Source of the DNA: Ginglymostoma cirratum
Lineage: Eukaryota
Length of the DNA: 64,000 nucleotides
Reading direction: 5' to 3'
Assembly: GCA_024137785.1 (NCBI GenBank)
Contig: JAHRHZ010000218.1
Location: forward strand, 5,213,307-5,277,306
This document shows positions 1 through 13,221 of the stretch, in pieces. Numbering within the stretch: position 1 is the stretch's first letter; every line of letters starts with the position of its first letter. The translations under genes were made by a program, and so were the position numbers. The notes beneath the pieces are model-generated. The model did not search any database and was not told the origin of the DNA. It was given only the letters and a program-made list of their open reading frames with translations.

Positions 1-1345
1 GTCCGTTCAGGATCCGCCAGGGACACCATCCAGGCCCCTCACTTCCCTTGGGTTAACTCCCAGGAAGACTGAGCTGACTTCTGAAGCAGAGACAGAGGGA
101 ACAGATGTGTCCGGGGCTGTCGGGCCAGGCAATGCCATGCCGGTGGCATTCTGTTCAAACCGAGCATAGAAAGCATTGAGTCTGTCCACTATCTTACACT
201 GTTTCATTTTGCATCCTGTAATGTTGTTTATGCCTTGCCATAGGCAGTGGGAGTCTGTTTGGTAGGTTTGGGCCTCTAACTTGGTCCGGTACTGCCTCTT
301 GGCCTCCCTGATGGCTTTGTGGAGGTCAGATCTGGATTTCCTGTGTTGGCCTGGGTCACCCAAACTGAATGCTGCACATCTGGTCTTCAGTAGGGAGTGG
401 ACTTGCTGGTTCATCCAAGGTTTATGATTAGGAAGCACTTGGATTGACTTCTTTGGTACACAGTCCTCCATGCATTTGCTGATGAAGTCTATGATGGCGG
501 TGGCATACTTGTCTAGGTTTACCACTGAAGACTTAAACATGGTCCAGTCGATCAATTCCAAAGAGTCCCGGAGACGGTCTTCTGTTGCTTCGGACCAGCA
601 CTGCACTTCGTTTCGCAAAGGATTCTCCAGTTACAGCTTCTGCTTGTAAGCAGGGGGAAGGAACACAGCGCTGTGATCTGATTTTCCAAAGTGTGGTGGG
701 GGTGGGGATTGAGTGGTAGGTGTCTTTGATGGTTGTGTAGCAGTGGTCCAGAATGCTTAGTCCCCTGGTGGGGTAGGAGATGTGTTGGTGGTATTTTGGC
801 ATCACTCGCTTGGGGTTGGCTTGGTTAAAGTTGCCTGCCACTATGAATAGAGGCTCGGGAAATGTTGTTTCTAAAGTGTTTGTGGCAGTGTAAGTCTCGC
901 CTAGGGCATTCTTCACATCCGCATGGGGTGGTATGTAGTCTGCTGTCGCGATGGCTGAGGTGAACCCTCATGGTAGGTAGTAGGGGGAGCATTTTACTGT
1001 AAGGTATTCTAGGCACAGAGGGGAGTGGCTTGCCAGGGTCGCTACGCCCAGGCACCAGGAAGTGTTGATCAGGAAGCATACCCCACCGCACTTCGCCTTA
1101 CCCGAGGATGCTGTGCGGTCCCTACGGTGTATGGAGGACCCGTCAGCTTGTAGGGTACGGTTGGGAACGGCAGGGGTGAGCCAAGTCTTCATGAAGTAGA
1201 GCACACAATAGTCTCTCAGTTCCCTCTGGTCTAGATCTGAGTTCATCCATTTTGTTTTCAATACTTTGGACATTTACGAAGGGGTATGCTGGAGACAGGA
1301 GTCTTGAAACCATGTTGTTTCAACCTCACCTTCAGGCCAGCACGT
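1..1345 (-). mobile_element. Rex1/Babar-type LINE, frameshifted endonuclease region (runs off the window start)
   Basis: Consecutive minus ORFs 968-1273, 533-916 and 7-618 give GGVCFLINTSWC, KCSPYYLP, IVAGNFNQAN, PTRGLSILDHCYT and KPWMNQ...AKRQY, typical of Rex1 APE and linker. Confidence 0.85.
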
Positions 1346-1394
1346 TATCCCCGTTTCCTTGTAGGTTTCCTGCATCCTGACGATCTGAGAAAGC

Positions 1395-2620
1395 TTCTAT
1401 TTTCACCAATAATCTTGATGTGGGACACTGTCAAACGCTTTCTGGAAATGTAAATATAGCTCCTTTGATCCACAGAATCTGTTTCTTCCTCAAAAAACCT
1501 CCAATAAATTGGATAAACCTGATTTCTCCTATGCAAAACCACACTGATTCTGCCTGATTACCTTGAGCTTTTCTAAGTGCATTGCTATAAAATCTTTAAA
1601 AGTAAGGGCAGGTGATGGCGTAGTGGCAATGCCACTTGACTAGTAATGCAGAATTCCTGTTTAATGCTCTGGGAACAAGGATTTGAATCTCACCAAGTCA
1701 GGTGTTGAAATGTTGAAGTTAATTTAAACAAATCTGAAATTAACAAAAAAGACCACATAATGCTGACCAAGTAAATACTGTTGATTGTTGTAAAAAACCT
1801 CTCTGGCTCACTAATGTCCCTTATGTAAACGAAATCTGCCACCTCTGCCTGGGTAAGATATACATGTAACTCCTGACCCTTTGCAATACGGCTGAGTCTT
1901 AACTGCCTTCTGGGAACTTAGAGGTGGGCAATCTCTCTTGTTTAGACAGCAATGCCTACATTCCACGAACAAGGAAAGAAAAGTCTTTAACATCTTCCAG
2001 GCGTTAAGCTATCTAGCCTGTAGTTTCAGGTTTTCTGTCCCCTGTTTTTGAACAAAAGGGGTGCTTTTGCATTTTTGCAATCTAATGGAATCACAGACGC
2101 ATAGAGGTCTACAACACAGAAAAAGGCCCTTCAGCCCATCCAGTCTGCTCATGTCACAAACAGGCACCTAGCAGAACCTTCTCCAGTCTACAGAATTTTG
2201 GATAGTTAAAACCAATGTATCACTTATTTCACTTGCTACTTTTTAAAGACTTTAGGATGAAGTCCATCAAGGCCTGGGGGCTTGTGAGCCCACATCTTTG
2301 ACAACTAGCTCAGCACCATTTCCTTGGGTGCTATAATTTTTTTGAGTTCCTCCATTCCATTTCTAGATTTATAGCTATTTTGCAGATGTTATCTGTGTCA
2401 TGTACAGTGAACATCAATGTCAAATACCTGTTCAATTCATTTGCCATCTCCTTATTTTCCATTACTAATAACCCAAACACACTTACTATCAGATCAACAC
2501 TTTCTGATTGTTGGTTTCTCATTTCTTTCTTAAATATTTTTGGAAAATCTTATTGTTTTCATATTTCTAGCTGGTTTTCCATTGTACTCTTATTTCACCA
2601 TCATTATTCTTTTGGGGAAA
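1395..2620 (-). mobile_element. Old CR1 LINE fragment interrupted by a SINE
   Basis: Minus strand resembles CR1 RT and pre-RT (MENKEMANELNRY; gtttgacagtgtcccaca = FD.VPH). Confidence 0.65.
1606..1980 (+). mobile_element. tRNA-derived SINE sharing head and tail with the tRNA-headed LINE family
   Basis: A-box-like TGGCGTAGTGG and B-box-like GATTTGAATCTC; body and tail match the LINE ends at 7780-8047 and 5610-5700; flanked by aaatctttaa (1590-1599) / aagtctttaa (1981-1990). Confidence 0.7.
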
Positions 2621-2713
2621 AAGTATACTATATCTTACATGTATTTTGGCTAAGTCCAAGTTGCGTCAAGTTTTCTGAAAGGACTCTCACCACAAGGCCT
2701 ACCAAACCAAAGT

Positions 2714-3290
2714 TAGAGTCGTAGAGTCATACAGCACAGAAACAGACTCTTCAGCCCAACCAGTCCCTGTCAACCATTATGCAAAACTAAACTAGTCCCA
2801 TCTGCCTGTGCTTGGCCCAAATCCCTCCACACATTTCTTATTCATGTGCTTATCTAAATGTCGTTTAAATGTTGCAACTGTACCAGCATTCATCACTTCT
2901 TCTGGAAGTTCATTCCACAAACCACTCTCCGTGTAAAAATTTGCTCCTCATGTCCTTTTTAAATCTTTCTTCATAAAAATAAGCCTCCTTGTCTTGAAAT
3001 TCCCATCCTGGGGAAAGGACACCTGCTTTTCACCTTAGTTATACCCCTCATTGTATTATAAACCTCCATAAGATCACCTCTTAACCTCCTATGTTCCAGT
3101 GAAAAAAGATCCCAGCTATCCAATCTTTCCTTACAACTCAAACAATCCATTCCCAGCAACATCCTTGTAAATCTCTTCTGAACTCTCTCCAGCTTAATAA
3201 AATCTTTCCTATAATAGGGAGACCAGAACTGGACATAGTACTCCAGAAAAGGCCTCACCAATGTCCTGTACAACCTCAATTTAATGTCAA
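2714..3290 (-). mobile_element. CR1 LINE 3' end
   Basis: ORF 2971-3303 LYRTLVRPFLEYYVQFWSPYYRKD..LERVQKRFTRM...RRLRGDL plus (CTCTATGA)-type tail. Confidence 0.9.
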
Positions 3291-3479
3291 CACAACTTGC
3301 CACATTAATTGTTTACCACGCCCTTACTATGTCTTATGTTTGATTTCTGCTCTGCCCAATCAGTCATTTAGGCCGCCCGCCGCCCAACGCATGTACCAAC
3401 AGTAATAGATGTACCACTTACTTCCATACTCTCCTAACTCTGATTCCATGAGATAAACAGACCACAATAGAGCAGAGTC

Positions 3480-4100
3480 AAGATGAGTCATGTATTGCTG
3501 ATCATTTAGTTCCTTATCCCCTATGAGGAGGGGATGCTGACTCTGTTTGCCTCAAACAGAGACTGAACTGGCATTGAAGGCTACCTCTAACTTACTGTAC
3601 CAGGAACCCCTGAGCAAATACCTACTGACAAATATATAAAAACAACCTGAATCTGTGTCTGTACTAAAGGAAAGTCAGAAGTAATCTATGGCTGAGAGGG
3701 CAAAATATAAGACAAGACAATGCAATGTAGGGATACTGTGAGCATCCAGGTGGGATCAAAGTGAGTGAACATTATGACACTGAGCAAAGAGGCCAGAGAT
3801 GCACCCTGGTTTGGTGTAATGAGCTGGGTGTGTGTCCCCTTGCTGCAGCATTAGAGTAGTGGGTGCAGTCTGCAATACAACATTGAAGTGTATCTCATCC
3901 TGTAGGTGAATTAAATATATGCCATGAAGGTTTTTAGATGCTGGTATATGCTGGATGCCAATGCCTGTAGATGTGGTACCCATGTGGTGAGCACCCCTGG
4001 ATCATGCCCTGAGAAGTTGCAGCTCAGGGTCCAACACAAAGGCTGTTGAGAACAAGAGGTGAGTTGAACTGGCCAGGTTCTTGCTCTAGTTTCCCTGACA
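3480..4100 (-). mobile_element. Possible highly decayed Harbinger/PIF transposase remnant
   Basis: Frameshifted minus-strand pieces resemble HARBI1-type motifs (GTH, VFA.G.PG.V, SLFE, LLIGDK). Confidence 0.35.
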
Positions 4101-4349
4101 TTAAGTTTGTTTGGCAAATCTGTTAAGATGGGAATCCAAATATTCATGAAGCAGATTGTGGCATTAATAAGGTGTTTAAAAAGCAATAATCTCTCTTAAT
4201 TGGCAACTCACCTCTGCCAAGAGAGAATCACACCACATAAAAGTTGGCACAAACTGCTCCTGAAGCAAGACGGACCTTGCCACACTTGTCCCCGGATTCT
4301 TCCACACAGCTCACCATATGCTGTGTCATTCAGACCCCATAGGATTCTC

Positions 4350-5000
4350 ATTTCAACAAAGCGTTTCATCTTGCCCTCATTGGGACAGGGCAGTCACAAG
4401 AATACCATTGGAAAAGTAAACACCATTCTTATACTGTATCAGAAGAGTATACTGATTATTTGAAAATAGACTCTGAGAAATGCACTGCTATTAAACAATG
4501 CACCAATTTGATGATGACTGACAATTAGCTACCAAGCTTTGTTTAAATTTAAATCAGATGGGTCGAATCTTATTGATCAAGGCATTTCCTGAGGAAAGAG
4601 TCCGAGAATGGCCGTCAGTTATTATGATGAACTGAAACAAGGGCACTGTGTGTACATGTTCTTTCTGTCTGTAAAGAACAGGGGGGAACGTGTTTTAATA
4701 TAAGTAGCTTTCAGCATACATCAGTGCATCACGTTGTGAACCTGAATTACAATCTTAACTTGGGTGTCAACGCAATTCTGCACACACGTGACTCCAAACC
4801 TTATGGCAATGTCTCTTAACAGGCATCTGGGCAATTAGAGATGGGCAATAAATGCTGGCCTAGCCATCGATTCCCATATCGCGTGAATGAATAATATAAA
4901 AAAAGCCTATAATTATTTAGTGAATGCTGTTTAATCACAGAAACACATCTAATGTTGGACACTGTGTTTTGAGTTTTGCAAGTGTAGGCTGGATGGGTAA
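4350..5000 (-). mobile_element. Penelope-like element 3' remnant (GIY-YIG C-terminus and terminal region)
   Basis: Minus translation near 4640-4790 resembles the LEA.YI....P.L.RQKE end of PLE endonucleases; degenerate hammerhead-like motif at 4358-4387; interrupted by a SINE/LINE tail at about 4825-4900. Confidence 0.5.
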
Positions 5001-5609
5001 TGTCAGCACCCAGTAAGGCAGAAAATAGCAGCCGTAGGCCAATTCATGAGTTTATACAATGAAAAATGAGGAATGACTTAATCAGGATAAATATTAGTAC
5101 ACAGGATGGCTTTGATGCACCCCATTTTGACATCAAGCTTACACAGTAAGCAAATGGCTCTAGCCTATTTACAAATTTGTCAATAGGGCCAACCTTATAG
5201 AGTGTAGATCTATAGGAATCCCAACATTTTTTCAGTCTTCATTGTAGAAGATACAAATAATGTCCCAGAAATAGCTCTAAGTCAAGAAAGCAGATGCTAT
5301 AGCAGTTGAAGCAGGTTTACAGTAGCAAAGACCCACTGGTAGGTTACTTACTAGCACATCTGGGAAATGGAGCTTAATTGACTGCTCCATTGCAAATTTG
5401 AATTTAAGCATAGGTGAGAAATTAAGACATATAAAGAAGTTTATACATGAGGTTGTGGATTCTAGAGAGCAAAAATGTCATCTTATTGGAAATATGCAAA
5501 GCCTAAGAGATTAGGTGTCATTACTTGAAGACATGTTTCTCAAGGAACTCAAAAGTGTGGTTTTGGGATTGAGACTAGAGGGAACCTATGTCAACACCAT
5601 CTAGTTGGA

Positions 5610-8047
5610 CAAAAATTTTTATATTCATTTGTGGGATGTGGGCCTTGCCAGCTAGCCCACATGTATTGCCCACCCCAGTTGCCCTTGAGAAGGTGGTATT
5701 GAGCTGCCTTCTCGAACCACTGCAGTCTACCTGCTGTGGGTTGACCACAATGTCCTTAAGAAGGGAATTCTAGGATTTTGACCCAGTGACAGTGAAGGAG
5801 CGGCGATATATTTCCAAGACAGGATAGAGAGTGGTTTGGAGGGAAACTTCAATGTGGCAGTGTTCCCAAATATCTGCTGCCCTTGTCCCTCTAGATGGAA
5901 GTGGTCATGAGGTCATGGAGCCTTGATGTTAAGGACTGTCACTGTCACCTCACCTCTGGAATTCAGCTCTTTTGTCCATGTTTGAACGGAGGCTCTAATG
6001 AGGTCAGGAGCAGACTGGCCCTAGCAGATCCCAATCTGGGCATCACTGAGCAGGTTATAGCTGAGCAAGTGCTGCTTGATAGCATTGTTGATGACACCTT
6101 CCATCACTTTTTTGATGATTGAGAGTCGACTAATTGGCAGAAATTGGTCAGGTTGCATTTGTCCTGCTTTTTATGTACAGCACATACTTGAGCAACTTTT
6201 TTTACATTGTCGAGTAGATGCCAGTGTTATAACTGTACTGGAACAGCTTGGATAGGGGAGCAGCAAGTTCTGGAGCAAAGTATTCAGTACTATTGCTGGA
6301 ATGTGGTCAGGTCCTTTAGCCTTTGCAGTATTTAGTGACTCCAGCTGTTTTTTAATATTACATGGAGTGAATCAAATTGGCTGAAGACTGGTATCTGTAA
6401 TGTTGGGGACCACTGGAGGAAGCTGAGATGGACCACCCACTGGGCACTTCTGGCCGAAGATTGTTGCGAATGCTTCACCCTTATCTTTTGCACTGATGTA
6501 TTGGGCTCTTCCATCATTGAGGATGGGGATTTTGTGGAGTATTCTTCTCCAGTGAGCTGTTTAATGGTCCACCACAATTCATGACTGGATGTGGCAGGAC
6601 TGTAGAGCTTAAACCTGATCCATTGTTTGTGGGATCTATTAGCTCTGTCTATCACTTGCTGCTTATGCTGCTTGGCATACAAGTAGTCCAGTTTGATAGC
6701 TTCACCATGCTGACAACTCATCTTCAGACATGTCTGGTGCTGCTCCTGGCATGCCTCACTGCACTGTCTATTGAAGCAGTGTTGATCCCCTGGCTTGATA
6801 GTAATGGTTGCGTGGGAGATACGCCGGGCCAGGAAGTTGCAGATTGTGCTGGAATACAATTCTGCTGCTGTTGATGGTCCACAATGCCTTATGAATGCCC
6901 AGTCTTAAGTTGCTAGATCTGTGCGAAGTCTGTACCATTTAGCATGGTAATAGTGCCACACAACACGATGGAGGGTATTCTCAATGTGAAGGCTGGACTT
7001 TGTCTCCACAAGGACTGTGCGATGGTCACTCTTAACAATGCTGTCATGAACAGATGCATCTGCAACTGGCAGATTAGTAAGGAGAAGATCAAGTATGTTA
7101 TTCCCTCTTTATGGTTCCATTATCACCTGCTGCAGACTCAGTCTAACAGATGTGTTTTTTAGGACCAGACCAACTCAATCAACAGTACTGCTGCCGAGCC
7201 ACTGTTGGTGGTGGACATTGAAATCCTCCACCCAGAGTACATTTTGAGCCCTTGCCACCCTCAGTGCTTCCTCCAAGTGTTGTTCAACATGGAGGAGTAC
7301 TGATTCGTCAGCCGAGGGAGAATGGTACATGGTAATCAACAGGAGGTTTCCTTGCCCATGTTTAACCTGAAGTCATGAGACTTCATGGGATCTGGAGTCA
7401 ATCTTGAGGACTACCGGGGCAACTCCCTCCCAACTGTATACCACTGTGCAGCCACATCTGCTGGGTTTAGTAAAGCCTGTTAAGTCTTCTATGTGCCGAT
7501 TGGACAGAATACATCCAGGGATGGTGATGGTGGTGTCTGGGACAATGCCTGTAAGATATGACTCTGTGAGTATTACTGTGCTTGACTACCCTGTGAGACA
7601 GCTCTCCAAATTGTTTTAGTAGCTGCCAGATGTTAGTAGGGATGTCTTTGCAATGTCAACAGGGCTTTTTCTGCCATTGGTTTTTCCAGTGCCTAGGTTG
7701 ACACCAGGTATTCTGGATGGTTTCATTTCTTCGAGACTTTGTAGTGATTGATACAACTGAGTAGGTTGCTAGGCGACAGAGGGCAATTGAGAGACGACGA
7801 CATTGCTGTGCGTCTGGAGTCACATGTAGTTCACACCAGGTGAGGAATACAGATTTCCTTCCCTGAAGGACATGAGTGAACCAGCTGAGTTTTTCCAACA
7901 ATCACAATGAACAATGGTTTTATGGTCATTAGTAGATTCTTAATTCCGGATTTAATTTCATTGAATTCAAAGTCTGGCATGGCAGGATTCAAACCCGGGT
8001 CCTGAGTTTCTCGGTCAATAGTCTAGCGATAATACCATCGCCATCCC
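5610..8047 (-). mobile_element. CR1-group LINE with tRNA-like 5' head, internally deleted and decayed
   Basis: Head at 7780-8047, then APE and RT remnants (ITIKPGDQ..FN..C, KL.SPATSS.E.WWTIKQLTG); 3' tail GGGCAACT...GGGCAATA..TG.GC.AGC at 5610-5690. Confidence 0.8.
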
Positions 8048-9021
8048 CCATATCATTAAAGCTAAACTCAATTATGTGAGTTACTGAGTTCATAGTTCAT
8101 TGACTACTGCTTCGCATTGTGGTGGTGGGTCTGGATCAACATGACATAGTGCTACAGGGCAGACGTCTATAATGGCTTTATGTGGTACATTGCTGAATGG
8201 CTAGCAATGCTAAATGAGAGCAGCATTTCTATTGATATACAAATTAAGTACTGTCTTTGTAAATGTGAAAAAAGCTCTTCATTACTGCTATGGAAAATTT
8301 GCATAAACTAGTTGTAACAAATCACACAACTATTTGCCCAATTCATGTTGTGCAGATCCAAGCACAAGTAAGTTAGTGTAAAAAAAGACATCATTTTTGT
8401 GCGTCTTGACCAACCCATACAAACATAGACACAGTGAGATGAACCCTATCAAATATATTTCCCAGCAGCTTGCTTTGTGTTTTCAGCTTCTTTTTGAGCA
8501 TGGCTGTCTGGTCATGTAGGGCAGTAGGACCAATGGATAGGAATTTGGATAATCATTAAGAATGCCATTCATTTTGCTGACATAGTTATATTTGTTAAGG
8601 ATGACTAATCCTCTCGCTTTGGTGCGTTTACAGTCTCGTGAGTTGGTCTTGAGGCCTCACGACACTGCCCAGAAAATTGTGCTGTGTTTTCAAATCAGAC
8701 AGGCCCTTTGGAATATTGCTCATTTGACATTGCTAGCCTACTCACCAACTGACCACTCAGGATAGCTATTAATATTTGCAGCACTTATGTCATAGTAATC
8801 TTGATCTGCCAGCATTGTGTCAATCAGTATTCATTGAACTTATGAACACATCTGACCACTTAATTGAGTTCATTTTTATGATACCATGTAAGCTGGTGTC
8901 ACCATGGGATTATCCATGAAGGATGAGGGATAGAAGACTTAACAGGCTTTACTAAACCCAGAGAACAGGGTCAGGCCTTCCAACCAGCACTTGTCAGGAC
9001 TCTGACACCCCCACTACACAC

Positions 9022-9120
9022 AATTGCACCTCCCAGTCGCGAACCATTTCAACACCCCCTCCCATTCCTCAGACGACATGTCCGTCCTGGGCCTCCTGCA
9101 ATGCCACAATGATGCCACCC
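9022..9120 (+). mobile_element. Penelope-like GIY-YIG fragment
   Basis: HLPVANHFNTPSHSSDDMSVLGLLQC, near-identical to the reverse complement of 10240-10330. Confidence 0.75.
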
Positions 9121-9174
9121 ACTACGGTCATTTATGCTCTGCTCCTGGTTTTGGCCACTGGTTCCCACTCCTAC

Positions 9175-9536
9175 ATAATCATAAAATCCCTACAGTGTGG
9201 AAGCAGGCCATTCAATGCATCAAGTCCACACTGACACCCCCAAAGAACATCCCTCTCAGACACACCCCTCTACCCTAACCATGTAACCCTGAATTTCTCA
9301 TGGCTAATTCACCTCACCCCCACATCCCTGGACACTGTGGGCAATTTAGCATGGCCAATCCACCTGACCGGCACAGCTTTGGACTGTGGGAGGAAACCAG
9401 AGCACATAAAGGAAGCCCACGCAGACACAGGGAGAACATGCAAACTCCACATAGACAGTTGCCTGAGGTTGGAAACAAATCCAAGTCCCTGGCGCTGTGA
9501 GGCAGCAGTGCTATCCACTGAGCCACCATACTGCCC
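9175..9536 (-). mobile_element. HE1-type V-SINE
   Basis: tRNA-derived head GGGCAGTATGGTGGCTCAGTGG, V-domain TGTGGAGTTTGCATGTTCTCCC...CCCACAGTCCAAAG, CR1-like tail. Confidence 0.88.
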
Positions 9537-9639
9537 CCATGTAGAATGGAACATAATGGAGTGGAGAATGCCACATTTAGGGATCTTTCTGCCGAGGCAA
9601 GTCTGGTGACATAGGAAATTTTCATGACTTGAGCTACCC

Positions 9640-10745
9640 ACCTGTTCTCAACATTTCATGTCAAAGACCTTTCATCAGAACTAGAAAAGGTTCAAAATGT
9701 TAGAGATAATAGGTACTGCAGATGCTGGAGAATCCGAGATAACAAGGTGTGGAGCTGGATGAACACAGCGGGCCAAGCAGCATCATAGGAGCAGGAAAGC
9801 TTGACGTTTCGGGCCTAGCCCCTTCATCAGAAATGGGAGAGGGGAAGAGGGTTCTGAAATAAATAGGGAGAGAGGGGGAGGCAGATAGAAGATGGATAGA
9901 GGAGAGGTGGAGAGGAGGCAGACAAGTCAAAGAGGCGGGGATGGAGCCAGTAAAGGTGAGTGTAGGTGGGGGGTGTAAGGAGGAGATAGGTCAGTCTAGG
10001 GAGGACAGACAGGTCAAGGGGGCGGGATGAGGTTAGTAGATAGGAGATGGGGTGGGGCTTGAGGTGGGAGGAGGGATAGGTGAGAGGAAGAACAGGTTAG
10101 GGAGGTGGAGATGAGCTGGGCCGGTTTTGGGATGCGGTTGGGGGAGGGGAGATTTTGAAGCTTGTGAAATCCACATTGATACCATTGGGCTGCAGGGTTC
10201 CCAGGCTGAATGATTTGCTGTTCCTGCAGCCTTCGGGTGGCATCAGTGTGGCATTGCAGGAGGCCCAGGATGGACATGTCGTCTGAGGAATGGGAGGGGG
10301 AGTTGAAATGGTTCGCGACTGGGAGGTGCAGTTGTTTGTTGCGGACTGAGCGGTTGTGGGTTTTAAGCAAGTGAAAAAGTAAGGTTGGTGAGGGTGAAGG
10401 TAGAAAAAGAGCAAAACAATAATCGCTGTGATAGAGCAGAAGACAGGAGAGTTAGCAACCAAAGAGTTGGTGGTGAAAGGCCAAACTGTGGTGTAATGGG
10501 GACATACAAAGAAACAAAATGTATATCTAGAAGCTGTATGAGTGGCTGAATAATGAGCAGCTGTTGTCTGAAAGCAAAAACCAGAGAAAAATGAGAGTAA
10601 AACTGAAAGCTGCAAAGTAAAAGGAAACAAAATGGGGGCGAGTGTAATGATCTAAAATTGTTGAACTCAGTGCTAAGTCTGGATGGCTTTCAAGACAAAT
10701 GGCTGTTCCTCAAGCTTTTTGAAACTTTATAGCAGCAATGCACTA
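9640..10745 (-). mobile_element. Nested Penelope-like 3' ends: young family-A copy (9702-10352) inside an older family-B copy
   Basis: ORF 10014-10370 LPVANHFNSPSHSSDDMSILGLLQC; purine/pyrimidine-skewed terminal repeat; hammerhead-like motifs at 9803-9830 and 9650-9678. Confidence 0.8.
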
Positions 10746-10982
10746 GGGTAAAGATTGGAGCCGTAGGATAAAGTTCTGGGGATCATGAGTTTGAATACTG
10801 TCATGGCAAATGGTGAAATTTGATCTCAATAAAATCTGGAATTAAACACTAGTCTAATGGTGACCATGTAAACCATTTAGTGAAATTCTGACTAGTTCAT
10901 TAATTCCATTTAGACTAGGGAATTCAACATCATTGCCCACTCTGGCCTACATATGGCCCCAGACCCACAACAATATGTAGTT

Positions 10983-13221
10983 GATAACAAAGTGTGGAGC
11001 TGGAGGAACACAGCAGGCCAGGCAGCATCAGAGGAGCAGGAAAGTTGACATTTTGGGTTGGGACCCTTCTTCAGAAATGGGGAGGGGGAAGGGAGCTCAG
11101 AAATAAATAGAGAGAGGAAGGGTGGAGCTGGGGAAGCTAGGTGGGATGGTGATAGGTGAGTGCAGGGCTAAGAGGGAGGGTTGGACATGGGATGAGGCCG
11201 AGGGTGGGGAGATTTTGAAACTGGTAAAATCCACATATAGGCCATCGTGCTGTAGGCTCTCAAGGCGGAATATGAGGTGCTGCTCCTCCAGTTTGCAGGT
11301 GGCGTCATTGTGACAGTGGAGGAGGCCTAGAATGGACATGTCACCCACGGAGTGGAAGGGGGAGTTAAAATGGTTGGTGATCAGAAGATGTTGTCATTTG
11401 TCGCAAACAGTGCGAGATGTTCTCCAAAGCGGTTTCAGAGCTTCCGCTGGGTTTCACCAATGTAGAGGAGGCCACGTTGGGAACAGCACATGCAGTAGGC
11501 CAAGTTGATGGATATGCAGGTGAGCCCCTGTCTAATGTGGAAGGTTTGTTTGGTGCTTTGGATGGAGGTGAGGAGGGAGGTGAAGGGGGCAGTGTAGGGG
11601 CAGGTATAGCACTTCCTGTGGTTGCAGGGAAAGGCGCCGGGGGTAGCGGGGTTAATGGGGAGTGTGGAGCGGATGAGGGAGTAGTGGAGATAGCGGTCCC
11701 TATGAAAGGCAGAAAAGGGTGGGGAGTCAAATATCTCTTTGATTCTGGGGTTGGATTGTAGGTGGCAGAAGTGGCCGAGAATGATCCATTGGATGCGGAG
11801 TTTGGTGGGATGATATGTGAGGACGAAGGGAGTTCTGTTTTTATTTTTGTTGGGGTGAGGGGATGTGAGGGTAAATGTGTGGGAATTGCAAGAGATGCGG
11901 TTGAGGGCATTTTTGATCACCAGAAAAGGAGAAGTTGCAGTCCTTGAAATAAGAGGACATTTGAGGTGTGCAGCAGTGGAAAGTCCCATCTTGGGAGCAG
12001 ACGCAGTGGAAGCAGAGGAATCAGCAGTAGGAGATCTTGCAGGAAGGTGGGTGAGATGAGGTGTAGTTTAGGTAGCTGTGGGAGTTGGTGGGCTTGGAGA
12101 AGATGTTGGTTTTGAGACGGTCACCAGAGATGGAGACAGAGAGGCCCAGGAAGAAGAGAGAGGTATCGGAGATGGTCCAGGTGAACTAAAGGTTGAGGTG
12201 AAAGGTGTTAGTAAAGTTGATAAACTGTGCAAGCTCCTCATGGGAGCACACTTTCCCCGTACACTTGTATCCCCTATGGGGATGACCTAAAAGTCCTCCG
12301 CTTCTTCCTCTCCCGCAAGCCCAACCAGTCTCCCTCCACAAACACCCTCATCTGCTTAACCGAACTCGTCCTTACCCTTAACAACTTCCCCTTTAACTCC
12401 TCCCACTTCCTACAGACTAAGGGGGTGGCCATGGGCGTCTGCATGGGCCCAACCTATGCATGCGTCTTCGTAGGATATGTTGAACAGTCCTTCTTCAGCT
12501 GCTACACTGGCACTATCCTCCACCTCGTCCTCCACTACATTGATGACTGTATTGCCACTGCGTCATGCTCCCACGAGGAGCTTGAACAGTCTACTGCATC
12601 CGCTGCTCCTGATGTGGCCTCCTCTACATCAGCGAGACCAAGCGGAAGCTCAGAAACCATTTTGCAGAGCATCTGTGCTCTGTTCATGTCAAACAACAAC
12701 ACCTTCCAGTCGCCAACCATTTTAACTCCCCCTCCCATTCCCTGGGTGACATATCCATCCTGGGCCTCCTCCAGTGTCACAGTGACGCCATTCACAAACT
12801 GGAGGAGCAGCACTTCATATTCTGCCTCGAGAGCCTATGGCTTAAATGTGGATTTTACCAGTTTCAAAGTCTCCCCACCCCTGGCCTCATCCCATGACCA
12901 ACCCTCCTTCTCATCCCCACCTCCTTGACCTGAAACAACCTGTCCTTCGTCTCTCCCACCTATCTGCTCCTCCCAACTGACAGACCAATCCCCACCACTC
13001 CCTACCTGCACTCACCTATCACCATCCCACCTACCTTCACCAGCCCCACCCCTCCTCTCTCTACTTATCTCTGAGCTCCCTTCTCCCTCCCCACTTCTGA
13101 AGAAGGGTCCTGACCCGAAATGTCAACTTTCCTGCTCTTCTGATGCTGGCTGGCCTGCTGTATTCTTCCAACTCCACACTGTGTTATCTCTGACTCCAGA
13201 ATCCTCAGTTCTTTCTATTTC
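10983..13221. mobile_element. Penelope-like fold-back insertion (minus arm 10983-~12245, plus arm ~12230-13221) with RT and GIY-YIG remnants
   Basis: RT motifs QTKGVAMG..MGPTYA..FVGYVE and YIDD; GIY-YIG motifs FPCN.RKC..CP and CSQRGLLYIGETQRKL; inverted termini; TSD acaatatgtagtt (10970-10982) / acaatatgtggtt (13222-13234). Confidence 0.9.

Noticed and set aside
7-618. 203-aa ORF as a host gene
   Set aside because: Part of a frameshifted Rex1-type LINE.
12227-12928. Longest ORF (233 aa) as a functional reverse transcriptase
   Set aside because: Internally deleted just after YIDD and shifts out of the endonuclease frame; a Penelope-like fragment.
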